From assembly GCA_965202625.1 (NCBI GenBank), contig CBDBBI010000010.1:1440001-1504000 (forward strand): a DNA stretch of 64,000 nucleotides, written 5' to 3'. Below, piece after piece: positions 1 through 9,726 of this stretch. The notes under the pieces were generated by a model, which saw only the letters and a list, made by a program, of their open reading frames with translations, did not search any database and had not been told where the DNA came from. Origin of the DNA: a bacterium. GTDB taxonomy: Bacteria; UBA8248. Both the position numbers and the translations under genes were made by a program. Positions within the stretch are counted from its first letter, which is position 1. Each line of letters starts with the position of its first letter.

Positions 1-1015
1 GGGTCAGCGTTATTGTTCCCGAACCCACGACGGCGCCCTCGCCAATCACGCTGTCGCCCACGAACGACAGACGCCCCACCCGAACATCGTCCAGCAGGGT
101 GCAGTTTTTCAGTTCCACCCCAAACCCGATGGTAGCGTTCGCGCCAATGACAGTATAGGGACGCACCAGAACGCCGTTTCCCAAAAACGTGTTCTCCCCA
201 ATGAAGCATGGGCCGAATATAGAAACGCCCGATTCGATGACTACGTTCTTCTCGATTATCGCAGGGCCGCGAAACTGCACCGTGCCCCTGAGACGGACGC
301 TCCCATCCACGCGCGCCTCGCCCCAAGTGCCCATGATCATTCGGTTGCCGTGGAGCAAATCCCAAGGGTGCTGGGCGTCCAGCCAGAACCCCTCGCAAAT
401 AGAGGAACGCAGGCCCTCCTCGGCGCAAAGCTCGTTCAGCGCCTCGTCCATCTCCAGGCGCTCCAGCAGTTCAAACAACCGGCCGGGCATGACGAACACG
501 CCGGCCAGAACGTAATTGCCCAACTCATTCCCCGCAGGCTTTTCCACCAGGTGCTTTATGCGCATGTCGTCGCCCAGATACACTGCGCCATAGTCCTGAG
601 CGTGCGGAGTATGACAAACCGCCGCCACGGGCTGACGAAAGTAGTCAAACGCTTGAACGACCTGTTGGCAGAGGTTTTCCGAGGACAGCATGTCCCCATA
701 CACGAGCAAGAACGGCTCCTCCGCCTGAAAGCGCGCTTTCACGAGTCTGAGGGCGTCGCGAATTCCCGTGGGCTCCTCCTGACGGATGTAGTGAATCGTC
801 ATTCCGAAGCTCGCGCCCTGGCCGAATTCGTTGATGATCCTATCGGCGTGAGGGCCGACGACGATGGTCACGTCGCTCACGCCGGCGGCGCGTATGTTCC
901 GCAACGTCGAACGCAGGAAGGTCTCGCCCGCCACCGGCAGCATGGCCTTTGACCGGGTGCTGGTGAAAGGATAGAGACCGACCCCCCGGCCAGCCGCCAG
1001 TATCAATGCTCTCAC
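1..1015 (-). CDS. Sugar-1-phosphate nucleotidyltransferase with C-terminal hexapeptide (LbH) domain, archaeal-type GlmU-like; runs off the window edge
   Basis: Not in ORF track. Manual translation from GTG at 1015 gives MRALILAAGRGVGLYPFTSTRSKAMLPVAG...; near the edge, hexapeptide repeats ...GPCFIGENTFLGNGVLVRPYTVIG...VGRLSFVGDSVIGEG. Confidence 0.85.
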   Translation of the reverse strand, partial: MRALILAAGRGVGLYPFTSTRSKAMLPVAGETFLRSTLRNIRAAGVSDVTIVVGPHADRIINEFGQGASFGMTIHYIRQEEPTGIRDALRLVKARFQAEEPFLLVYGDMLSSENLCQQVVQAFDYFRQPVAAVCHTPHAQDYGAVYLGDDMRIKHLVEKPAGNELGNYVLAGVFVMPGRLFELLERLEMDEALNELCAEEGLRSSICEGFWLDAQHPWDLLHGNRMIMGTWGEARVDGSVRLRGTVQFRGPAIIEKNVVIESGVSIFGPCFIGENTFLGNGVLVRPYTVIGANATIGFGVELKNCTLLDDVRVGRLSFVGDSVIGEGAVVGSGTITLT

Positions 1016-1115
1016 AAGATACCTCTTAAAGATGCGTTGCGTGCGGCCTGAAGACGCGCGGTTTCGATGATTTCCTCATCTTGCTCTGAGGAGCATAGCA
1101 GAATCGGAGTCGTTT

Positions 1116-1886
1116 TCACAGGCTGCGGGACGCAAGGGTCCGCCTTGCGTAGATTCCGCGCGCCTTGCGCAAATCCGCTTGCGTGTTCACGCCCAGGGCT
1201 TCCTCGGGAGCGGCCAGCGAGACGCCGCGCACCGGGCGGTCCGCCGCCCGTGCCAGCCAAAAAACCTCCGGAAGATAAAATTCTCCCTGGCTGTTCTCGG
1301 ACCTGAGCCTCGGCAGGGTGGCGCGCAGAAAAGAGACCTCGAAGACGTAGGCTCCCGTGTTGACTTCCGTAATCTTTTTCTGCGCATCGGTCGCGTCCGC
1401 TTCTTCCACCACGCCCAGGAGCGCATCGCCCTCGCGCGCAACGCGCCCATAGCCGCGCGGATCATCCATCACGGTCGTGAGCATGGTAGCGGCCGCGCGC
1501 GCGTCCGCATGATGGCGGGCCAGTCGCCTTAAAGTGGCGGCCCGCATCAAGGGGGCGTCGCCGCACAACACGAAAAGATGCCCCTCCTGGGCAGGCAAAG
1601 CGGAGAGACCTACTCCGGCGGCGTGACCCGTGCCGAGGCGCTCCTCCTGAAGGGAGAAAATGAGGCCCTCCTCATCGCCTGAGAACGCGCGCCGCACCTC
1701 CTCGGCCTGACGGCCCACGACGATGACGACGGGCGCGGCGCCCGCGCATCTGGCGGCGGCCACGACGTGGCGGATCATGGGCTGGCCGCCCACGGGATGC
1801 AGCACCTTCGCCAGCGGGGACGCCATGCGCCTGCCCTGCCCGGCGGCGAGGACGACGGCGGCCAACGCATCTCTTTCAGACGACAA
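1116..1886 (-). CDS. glmU: GlmU N-terminal uridyltransferase domain only (256 aa)
   Basis: LAAGQGRRM, KVLHPVGG, QEERLGTGHA, CGDAPL, GYGRV, VVEEADA, EVNTG, NSQGEFYL and GVN motifs; ends before the LbH acetyltransferase domain. Confidence 0.85.
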   Translation of the reverse strand: MSSERDALAAVVLAAGQGRRMASPLAKVLHPVGGQPMIRHVVAAARCAGAAPVVIVVGRQAEEVRRAFSGDEEGLIFSLQEERLGTGHAAGVGLSALPAQEGHLFVLCGDAPLMRAATLRRLARHHADARAAATMLTTVMDDPRGYGRVAREGDALLGVVEEADATDAQKKITEVNTGAYVFEVSFLRATLPRLRSENSQGEFYLPEVFWLARAADRPVRGVSLAAPEEALGVNTQADLRKARGIYARRTLASRSL

Positions 1887-1891
1887 GAATT

Positions 1892-3292
1892 TTATCTCCG
1901 CTTATCTCGGCGGGCGTGGGGAGGGGGGCTCTTGATGAATCCAAACTCTTGCAGCTTTCGTCTCAGCGTATTCCGGTTCATTCCCAGAAGACGCGCCGCC
2001 TTCAACTGGTTTCCTCTCGTTTCGCGGAGCGTCAATTCCAGAAGCGGCTTCTCTACGCTGCGAATCATGTGCCCATAGAAATCGCTGCCCTCCCCCTTGG
2101 CCAGAGAGGCGACCACCGAGGAGAGCCTATCCCGAAAAAATCCCTCTATGTCGTCGCTCTCTCCGCTTCGGGGCGAGGGATTCGCCAAATCCTCAACCGA
2201 GATCAGGTTGCCCTCGCTCAACAGAAAGGCCCGGCACACGCACATATCGAGCTCGGCTTCGTTTCCCCACCATTTTTGTTGAGGGAGCCACTCTAACGCC
2301 GCCGGCGCGATCCGCTTCCTCGACTGCCCCACCCGTCGGGAGAATTCATCCAAGATTTCCTGGGCCACGAGCGCGATGTCCTTTTTTCTTTCGCGCAGGG
2401 GAGGAATCTTGATGACGCAGGTCGATTCACCGTGATACAGGCCCCTCACCACCTCGTCCTGTATCAGTTTTTCGGGATCGTGCGAGCAGCCAAGTATCAG
2501 GCGAAAATCCTCTCCCGCCTTCTCGCCCAAAATCCTGGCCAGCACCCTTTGGCGGTCCGCATCCATATGCTGGGCGTCCTCGACAAAGAGCGTGCCCCCT
2601 TTTTGGATGACGTCCCCCTCGTCTCCGCGTCCTCTCTCCATCCGTATGATGGCCTTGTCCAGCGTCGAGGCGCGCCTCATCTTCGGTCCCCAGTGCAGAA
2701 ACGGATGGTGCTCCCCCGGATGCCGGGCGTGCAAAGCGCGGGCGACGATCTGGAAATTCAGGCCTTTCTCCCCTTCCAGGAGAATGACGCGGCGTCTCTC
2801 GCCCGCCCGCTCCACCATGCGCCTCAGCCCCTCCGCCGCCGCGCTCGTTCCCTGGAGCCGCCATTCGCCCCGCCCCTCCTTCGCTTCGGCGCGAAGCCAC
2901 CGCAACTCCCGACGAAGATGGTTCTCCTCGCTCAGAGCGCGTGCGAACTGAAACACCTCTTGGGGATGCACCTCGTCGACGAAAACGGCGCGCGCACCCG
3001 ACTGGATGCTCAGGGGAGTGAACCCCTTGTTCTCCGGGCGCAGAATCGCCGCAAACGGCTTGTTCGTTTCGCGTATTCTACGCATCGGCGCCACGGCGGC
3101 GCGCTCCGCCACCGCATAGAGAACGAAATCGCACCAGTTCACGCGAGAGCGCGCCTTGTGAAAACTTTGGAAATGAAGCCTCTCCATCCCGAGGCCCTGC
3201 AAGCCCTCGAGCAAACCCTCCCTGCCCGTCGTCAACTCTCCGACGAAGAGCATCTTGGCGCGGCGCGACGTCTCCTTGTCAACCAGATTCAC
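1892..3292 (-). CDS. NtrC-like regulator with degenerate receiver and AAA+ domains and a Fis-type HTH
   Basis: IPPLRERKKDI, WWGN..EL and GNQLKAARLLGMNRNTLRRKL motifs; Walker A/B and GAFTGA are degenerate. Confidence 0.8.
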   Translation of the reverse strand: MNLVDKETSRRAKMLFVGELTTGREGLLEGLQGLGMERLHFQSFHKARSRVNWCDFVLYAVAERAAVAPMRRIRETNKPFAAILRPENKGFTPLSIQSGARAVFVDEVHPQEVFQFARALSEENHLRRELRWLRAEAKEGRGEWRLQGTSAAAEGLRRMVERAGERRRVILLEGEKGLNFQIVARALHARHPGEHHPFLHWGPKMRRASTLDKAIIRMERGRGDEGDVIQKGGTLFVEDAQHMDADRQRVLARILGEKAGEDFRLILGCSHDPEKLIQDEVVRGLYHGESTCVIKIPPLRERKKDIALVAQEILDEFSRRVGQSRKRIAPAALEWLPQQKWWGNEAELDMCVCRAFLLSEGNLISVEDLANPSPRSGESDDIEGFFRDRLSSVVASLAKGEGSDFYGHMIRSVEKPLLELTLRETRGNQLKAARLLGMNRNTLRRKLQEFGFIKSPPPHARRDKRR

Positions 3293-3304
3293 TGACGCAC
3301 CTCC

Positions 3305-3607
3305 TCATGGTTTCCGAAAAACAGGTCCGACGTTCGAGAGGCCGGAGAAAATCAGCGTATCCCCGATGGATGGCTCCTCCCCATCATCCGCTAGGCGCGC
3401 CAGAACGCGCGCGCCCTCCTCAAGTTCGACCAGCGCGATCCGATAAGGCGTCGGCATTCCCTTGGGCCCTATGTGAACGGAGGAAAAACTGTATATCTGC
3501 CCCCGGCCCGAGACTTCCCTCCGCTTCGTCTCGCCGCCGCAATGGCCGCAACGATCAGCCCCCTCCAGGTGGATTCGCCCGCACTCCGCACAAGCGTATA
3601 TCTCCAT
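3305..3607 (-). CDS. Zn-ribbon/OB-fold protein (DUF35 family), thiolase partner
   Basis: CAECG...CGHCG zinc ribbon, then G.IYSFS.VH...PY.IALVELEEG; directly follows a thiolase. Alternative start at 3637. Confidence 0.85.
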   Translation of the reverse strand: MEIYACAECGRIHLEGADRCGHCGGETKRREVSGRGQIYSFSSVHIGPKGMPTPYRIALVELEEGARVLARLADDGEEPSIGDTLIFSGLSNVGPVFRKP

Positions 3608-3633
3608 GAAAGATCGCCCCCTTTTGGCCACTC

Positions 3634-4797
3634 TCAAGCGGCCGTCCCCAGAATGTGCACGACGCAGGTGGCGCCCGAGCCGCCCAGATTATGGGACAGG
3701 CCCACCTTGGCGCCTGGAACCTGACGCGCGCCCGCCTCACCACGCAGATGAAGGGCGAGCTCATGAATCTGCGCTACGCCCGTCGCCCCCACTGGATGCC
3801 CCTTTGATTTCAGACCGCCGCTGGCGTTCACCGGCAGCGCGCCGCCGAGGCGCGTCATGCCCTCGAGCGCGCCGCGCCCCCCCTCGCCTTTGGCAAAAAA
3901 CCCCAGATCTTCAAGCGCCACGATCTCGGCGACCGTGAAGCAATCATGCACCTCGGCCAGGTCAACGTCCTCGCGGCTGAGCCTCGCCTGGGAGAAGGCC
4001 TGCTCCCCCGCCCGCCGCGTGGCGTAAAAAGACGTGATGTCGCGCTTGTCAGAAAGCGCAGGCGAACCAGAAGCCTGGGCCGAGGCGAGAACCCTGATGG
4101 GTTTCTCATGATGCGCGGACGCCATCTCCGCCGGACACAGCGCGACGGCCGCCGCCCCATCGCTGATCGGCGCGCAGTCGAAAAATCCGAGCGGCTCGGC
4201 CACCGGCCTGGCGTCCAGCACCTGGGAGAGCGTCACGTCTTCTCGCACGTGCGCATGGGGGTTGAGCCTGCCATGGGCGTGGTTCTTCACCGCCACCTGG
4301 GCGATGGCCTCACGCGTGGTTCCATGCTCGTGCATGTGCCGCCGGGCGATGAGGGCAAAAAGAGCGGGAAACGTGGAGCCGACGCGCGCCTCTACGCCCA
4401 CGTCTCCGGCCGCGGCGAGGATGGCGGCCGTCTCCTCCGTCTCCATGGTCGTCATTTTCTCCACGCCCGCGACAAGGACAAAATCCGCCTCGCCATGGGC
4501 CACGGCCAACACCCCCTGGCGCATGGCGAGTCCCCCCGAAGCGCAGGCCCCCTCGAGCCGGGTGCAGGGTAGCGCGCCCGCTAGCCCCGCCGCGTGCGCC
4601 ACCATGGGCGCGAGATGGTTCTGGCCGACGAACGCCTGCCCCGCGAAATTTCCCAGAAAAAACGCCTCGATTCGCCCGGGGGCGAGGCCGGCGTCCTGGA
4701 GCGCGCCTCGACAGGCGATCGCGCCCAGGGACACAAGGCCTTCCGCTCTCACGCCAAACGGCGTGATGCCCACCCCAATGATGGCTACGCCCCGCAA
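3634..4797 (-). CDS. Thiolase family protein (SCP2/archaeal-like type)
   Basis: EGACASG, GVEKM, KNH, SDGAAA, EVHDCF, NASGGLKSKGHPVGATG motifs. Confidence 0.9.
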   Translation of the reverse strand: MRGVAIIGVGITPFGVRAEGLVSLGAIACRGALQDAGLAPGRIEAFFLGNFAGQAFVGQNHLAPMVAHAAGLAGALPCTRLEGACASGGLAMRQGVLAVAHGEADFVLVAGVEKMTTMETEETAAILAAAGDVGVEARVGSTFPALFALIARRHMHEHGTTREAIAQVAVKNHAHGRLNPHAHVREDVTLSQVLDARPVAEPLGFFDCAPISDGAAAVALCPAEMASAHHEKPIRVLASAQASGSPALSDKRDITSFYATRRAGEQAFSQARLSREDVDLAEVHDCFTVAEIVALEDLGFFAKGEGGRGALEGMTRLGGALPVNASGGLKSKGHPVGATGVAQIHELALHLRGEAGARQVPGAKVGLSHNLGGSGATCVVHILGTAA

Positions 4798-4811
4798 TTC
4801 TTACCCCCGAA

Positions 4812-6149
4812 TCATGTGCGGACGCCCGATTCGCCGCGCAAATCCACGAACCTTCGCGCCTTGAACGTCGTCCTTTCAAAAGAACCAAAGGGCAAAACCT
4901 CCACCTCTGGCGTGACGAGGAGCGCAGATTTCAGCCTCTCGCGCAATTTTCTCACCAGACCGGAATCGGCCTTGGCCGATGCGGCCTCGGCGACGACCAC
5001 GCAGCGATCCCGCCCCGTCGATTCATCCGGCCGCAGCTCCACGCGAAATTCGTTGCTGAGGTCGGCGAAACTTCGCACCACTTCCTCCACCTGGACGGGA
5101 TAGAATTTCGCCCCCTTGTAGATGACGAGGTCATCGCTGCGCCCCAGAATGCCGCCGGGCGAGCGCAGGTGCGTTCTGCCGCAAGAGCTGGGAGCGCAAT
5201 CCAGGCGCGCGAAATCGTTCGTCCAGTAGCGCAGCATGGGTGTGGCCTCGCGCGTGAGGTGCGTGATGACGAGAACGCCCGCCTCGCCCTCTCGCGCCGG
5301 TTTTTTCGTATCGGGATCGATCACCTCGACAACATGGTGATCCTCCGCCCAGATGAGGCCGGATTTCGCGGTCGATTCGCTCGCGAAGGTTGGGCCAATC
5401 TCGCCCAGCCCGTAGTAATCATAGGCATGGACGCCGAGGGCGGCCTCGATTCGAGCGCGCGTGGCCGGATTCTGCGCGCCCGCCTCTCCGCCGAACGCGC
5501 CGATTTTTAGGGGGATTTCCTCAGGCTCCACGCCGCTTTCCTGGAGCTTCTCGCCGATATACAAACCATAGCTCGGCGTGCTGAACAGCGCCGTCGAACC
5601 GACGGTGGAGAGGTAGGATATCTGCCGCTCCGTCATTGAGGCGCCAATGGGTATGACGAAACAGCCGATTTTCCGCGTGGCGTAGTGCACGCTCATTCCG
5701 GCGACCCACAAGCCATAGCTGAACGCGTTCTGGACGACGTCACCCGGCCGCACTCCGAAGCTCCACATGGTGCGGGCCGTGAAATCCGCGATGTTCTCGA
5801 CGTCCGTCCGGCTCCAAATCGTGCTGACGGGAACCCCCGTAGTGCCGGTGGAAGGATGCAGCTCGCCCCAGGTCTCCTGCGAGGCGACCGCGTAGCGCCC
5901 GAAGGGCGGGTGCTTTCGCTGCTCGTCTCTGAGCTCCTGCTTCGTCAGGAAAGGAACGTTCCGCAGGTCGTCAAGGGCGCGTATCGAATCGGGCCCCACG
6001 CCCGCCGCGTCGAGACGCTTTCGGTAGAACTCCGATCCCCCATAACAGCGGCGAACCTGCCACTTCAAACGTTCAAGCTGAAGAGAGGCCAATTCGTCCC
6101 TCTCCATGCGCTCGACGCGCTCATTCCAATAATCCCCATTTCCCGACAT
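4812..6149 (-). CDS. Phenylacetate-CoA ligase family (PaaK-like) acyl-CoA ligase
   Basis: PFLTKQELR, STGTTG, NAFSYGLW, YDYYGLGE, PMLRY, GRSDD motifs; start set at MSGNGD. Confidence 0.88.
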   Translation of the reverse strand: MSGNGDYWNERVERMERDELASLQLERLKWQVRRCYGGSEFYRKRLDAAGVGPDSIRALDDLRNVPFLTKQELRDEQRKHPPFGRYAVASQETWGELHPSTGTTGVPVSTIWSRTDVENIADFTARTMWSFGVRPGDVVQNAFSYGLWVAGMSVHYATRKIGCFVIPIGASMTERQISYLSTVGSTALFSTPSYGLYIGEKLQESGVEPEEIPLKIGAFGGEAGAQNPATRARIEAALGVHAYDYYGLGEIGPTFASESTAKSGLIWAEDHHVVEVIDPDTKKPAREGEAGVLVITHLTREATPMLRYWTNDFARLDCAPSSCGRTHLRSPGGILGRSDDLVIYKGAKFYPVQVEEVVRSFADLSNEFRVELRPDESTGRDRCVVVAEAASAKADSGLVRKLRERLKSALLVTPEVEVLPFGSFERTTFKARRFVDLRGESGVRT

Positions 6150-6345
6150 CGGCGCGAAATCCTGTTCAATAAGGAAAAAGAACCAGAAACCTCCTTCCGG
6201 ACTCGAGAGCGCAACGCCTGAATGGCCGAATATAATCTCGAAGATAAGATGGAGAGGAAGGTAGCACAACACCGCGCGCCGCGCCAGAAAAACGTATTCT
6301 TCCGAAAGAGAAACCTCGCGGAACGCACCTCCAGCGGCGGTGGAT

Positions 6346-8229
6346 TCACAGGGTGATCGTCTTGCCCGCCGCCTGGGGATCCCGAAGCGCCTGGAGAAAC
6401 GCTTCCATCACTCGCGCGGCAGAGACGCGGCCCATGAGGTTCAGGGTGAACCCGTCCATCAACTCCCGCCTCATCCAACTCGCGAACACCGCCGCCTCCT
6501 CCATGCTCTCCGGATTCGCCTCCGGACCTCTGAAGTCCTCCTCCACAAATATCTCTTTTATCTTCGCCTCCAAGGCGCGAACGGGCGGATCCCTTCGGAC
6601 AAAGGACAGTTCGCCCGCCAGCAACCCGTTTCGGATGAAATAACAACATCGGCGTTCGCGCGTCTCTTCAGGCTCAACGATGATGAGCCTTCTCCTCTCA
6701 ACGGAAGGCCCCGACAGGGCGTATGTCCGCACCAAATGATGCAGCCGGGCGAGGTGACGCCGCAGTTTTCCCTCCGACGGCCCACTTCCCCTCCAGGCTT
6801 TGCGCAGAAGGGGGAACGCGTCCTCTCCCCCGTCTTTTTGAGAACAGCCCTCCAGAATGCTCCCCAAGATTCGGAGCAGCTGCGCGCACTCCGCATTCGG
6901 CAGTTGGGGCAGTTGCCTGCCGCCGGAGACGCCGCCGCGTCTCCCGGCGTCCTGATAGCCCTCCGGCATCTCGCCCGGCAGCGGAAAAACGACGCAGATG
7001 GCGCCCAGCAAATCGGCGAGCTGCGCCTTTTTCCGAAACGGGCCATAGTATCGGGCGCCGTCCGGCGCAAGGCGGAAGACGAGGGATACTCCAGGTCGCG
7101 CGCCGGTGGGCGCGAGTCTCAAAAAACCAGCGCCGGCCACGGCGAAGTTTCCGTTCATCAGGCGCGATTTTCGCATCGCCCTGAACGCCTCGACATGCAT
7201 GGACAGTTCGCTGCGCAGGCTCCTCGACTCCACGCGACAGACCTCTTTCAGCTTGCGCGCAAAGCGGCTGGCGGCGCGATTTTTCGGATAGAACATATCC
7301 CGCACCGCCCGCCGGACGTCGTTGGCCTTTCCTGCGAACACGAGTCTTTGCTCCCCGTCATAGAGAGAATAGACGCCGCGCGCGCTGGGGAGGGCGTCAA
7401 TCTTCGCCGGAGACAGACGCATCCCCTTCGCCATTGGGGGAGGGGGCGTTCTGGCGGACTCCTGAAGCGCGAGCAGGGAGGCGAGGCTGTCCAGGCCCAA
7501 AAGTTGGCACATCCGCGTCAGACGAACGAGGATGTCCGCCGTCGCCCGCGCGTCGCCCAGTGCGCGGTGCCTGCCCTCCTCCCAGTCTGCGAGTCCCAAG
7601 GCCGCGCCCAGCTCTCCGAGGTTGAAGCGCTTTTGCTCCGGAAGGAGCTGGCTCGCCAGCTTGAACGTGCAAAGAACCTCGGGAGAGAAATCGCGCTCCA
7701 GATACTCCTCCGCGTAATACTTGAGAAAATGGAAGTCGAAATTCGCGCAATGGGCGACGAACACGCCGCCGCCGATGAAATCCAGAAATCCGGGCAACGC
7801 CTCCATCAGATCGGGCTTGTCCGCCACCATGTCTTCGGTGATTCCGGTGAGGCGAACGACGCTCCAGGGAATGTTCCGACGCGGATTCACCAGGGCTTCG
7901 TAGGAATCCACCACCTCGCCCCCGCGAACCTTGAGGGCGGCCAACTCCGTGACGCGGTGCTGGGGAGGACGCCCGCCCGTGGTCTCGATGTCGACCACGG
8001 AGAACGTGGTATCGGGCAGATAGGGAGAGGAGAGCAAATGGGCCGCCTCATCCGCGCTCAGGCGGGCGCCGGGCGCGCCTCGGGTGCTTTTTTGCAGAAG
8101 GGGGACGATGATCGCAGACGCCGCAACATCCTCGACCCCATTCAGGCACAAGGCGCTTCGGACATGCTGAAATGCGGCGGACCCATGAATCGCGGCGGCC
8201 CGTTGCTCTCGCGTTGCGTCTTGATCCAT
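6346..8229 (-). CDS. DEDDh (DnaQ/epsilon-like) 3'-5' exonuclease fused to a UvrC-like GIY-YIG domain
   Basis: VVDIETTG, VAHCANFD, HRALGDA; then LPSARGVYSLYD...VFAGKA..R; YYGPF. Confidence 0.82.
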   Translation of the reverse strand: MDQDATREQRAAAIHGSAAFQHVRSALCLNGVEDVAASAIIVPLLQKSTRGAPGARLSADEAAHLLSSPYLPDTTFSVVDIETTGGRPPQHRVTELAALKVRGGEVVDSYEALVNPRRNIPWSVVRLTGITEDMVADKPDLMEALPGFLDFIGGGVFVAHCANFDFHFLKYYAEEYLERDFSPEVLCTFKLASQLLPEQKRFNLGELGAALGLADWEEGRHRALGDARATADILVRLTRMCQLLGLDSLASLLALQESARTPPPPMAKGMRLSPAKIDALPSARGVYSLYDGEQRLVFAGKANDVRRAVRDMFYPKNRAASRFARKLKEVCRVESRSLRSELSMHVEAFRAMRKSRLMNGNFAVAGAGFLRLAPTGARPGVSLVFRLAPDGARYYGPFRKKAQLADLLGAICVVFPLPGEMPEGYQDAGRRGGVSGGRQLPQLPNAECAQLLRILGSILEGCSQKDGGEDAFPLLRKAWRGSGPSEGKLRRHLARLHHLVRTYALSGPSVERRRLIIVEPEETRERRCCYFIRNGLLAGELSFVRRDPPVRALEAKIKEIFVEEDFRGPEANPESMEEAAVFASWMRRELMDGFTLNLMGRVSAARVMEAFLQALRDPQAAGKTITL

Positions 8230-8351
8230 GCGCCTGCGCTTTTGTGAAGACCTCAGTGGACGGGTTTCGACGTGCACGCGGCAAATGTAGCAGAAGGCGA
8301 TTGAGAATCATAGTCCAGCGCCTTCTGCGCGTTCACCCGGCGCGCCCGTTT

Positions 8352-8360
8352 TGGTATAAC
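8352..8360 (+). promoter_or_regulatory. Possible extended -10 promoter of tatBC
   Basis: TGGTATAAC (TGn-TATAAC) about 35 nt upstream of tatB; RBS GGGAGGAG precedes the TTG start. Confidence 0.35.
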
Positions 8361-8392
8361 GCAGGCGTGGGTTTTGCGGGAGGAGAACGACC

Positions 8393-8752
8393 TTGTTCGG
8401 AAGCATCGGAATGACGGAGCTCATCGTGATCATGGTGGTCGCTCTGGTGGTCATCGGCCCCAAGCGTCTGCCGGAACTCGCCCGCTCGCTCGGGAAGGCG
8501 CTCGGCGACTTCAAGCGCGCCACGTCAGATTTTCAGAACAGCATCAACCTGGAGGATGACTACGACCTCGACCTGCTGGATGAGGACGCGAAGGAGAGGG
8601 ATAGAAAAGAGAAAGATAAAGAGGAGGAAGCGGCGGAGGGAGACGCTGAGCCGATCCAGCCCGAGACGAGCGAAACCGCGCCCCAAGCCTCAGAGGACAA
8701 GGCGACTCCGGAGAAAACGGAACCCGCACGAGAGGATGACACCAGAACGTGA
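8393..8752 (+). CDS. tatB: Twin-arginine translocase subunit TatB (TatA/B family)
   Basis: IGMTELIVIMVVALVVIGPKRLPELARSLGK, acidic tail; overlaps the tatC start. Confidence 0.85.
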   Translation: MFGSIGMTELIVIMVVALVVIGPKRLPELARSLGKALGDFKRATSDFQNSINLEDDYDLDLLDEDAKERDRKEKDKEEEAAEGDAEPIQPETSETAPQASEDKATPEKTEPAREDDTRT

Positions 8753-9504
8753 GCGGCGATGCTTCCATGCCCATCACCGGGCACCTGACGGAGTTGCGCA
8801 ACAGAATTCTCTACATTCTCGGCACCATCCTCGTCGTTTTCCTGGGCGCCTATTATTTCTCGACCGACCTCCTGCAACTGATGCAGCGGCCCGTCGCCGG
8901 TCAAAAACTCGTTTTCCTGGCGCCGACGGAGGCGTTTTTCGCGCACTTCAAGGTCTCGTTCTTCAGCGCGGTGTTCGTCAGCCTGCCCGTCATCCTGTTT
9001 CATATATGGCGCTTTTGCGCCCCGGGGCTCATGGACAGGGAGAAGCGCTATATCGCGCCCTTCGTGTTCTTCTCCACCTTCAGCTTCATCGCCGGCGCCC
9101 TTTTCTGCTATTTCCTGATCCTCCCCTACGGCCTCGACTTTCTCTTGAGCTTCGCCACCGAAACCCTGACCCCCCAGCTTTCGATAGGCTTCTATATCTC
9201 CTTCGCCTTCAAGCTCATCTTCACGTTTGGCCTGGTGTTCGAGGTGCCCATCGTCACCGTTCTCCTCGTGCACATCGGCGTCATCACGCCCGATTTCCTC
9301 TCGAAAAACCGAGGCTACGTCATCGTCGGCGCGTTCGTCATGTCCGCGCTGCTCACGCCGCCGGACGTGGTGACGCAGGTGTTCCTCGCCGGTCCCATCG
9401 TCGTCCTGTTCGAGATCAGCATTCTCGTCTCGAAAATCATGATGAGGCGCAAAAAGAAGCGACGGGAGGAGGAGGAGAAGGAATGGGAGGAAGAGCCGGA
9501 TTAG
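8749..9504 (+). CDS. tatC: Twin-arginine translocase subunit TatC
   Basis: MPITGHLTELRNR, APTEAF, WRFCAPGL..REK, FEVP, LTPPD motifs. Confidence 0.95.
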   Translation: MSGDASMPITGHLTELRNRILYILGTILVVFLGAYYFSTDLLQLMQRPVAGQKLVFLAPTEAFFAHFKVSFFSAVFVSLPVILFHIWRFCAPGLMDREKRYIAPFVFFSTFSFIAGALFCYFLILPYGLDFLLSFATETLTPQLSIGFYISFAFKLIFTFGLVFEVPIVTVLLVHIGVITPDFLSKNRGYVIVGAFVMSALLTPPDVVTQVFLAGPIVVLFEISILVSKIMMRRKKKRREEEEKEWEEEPD

Positions 9505-9726
9505 GCGCGCGTCAAGCCCCAACCCCCGGACGGGAACAGGAAGGCGCCCTTGGGTTCACCAGAGCCGCGCGCCGCTCTCGACACGCAGAGAGGAAACATC
9601 CGCGCGCAGCGTGAAAACGACTTCCGTTTGATATCGCCTCGGGTGGAAATGGAGGTTTTCAGCCGCGCGACGGAACGCGGGCGAACAGGGAGCCTCGGCC
9701 CCCGCAGGCATGGGGTGAAACCCTCG

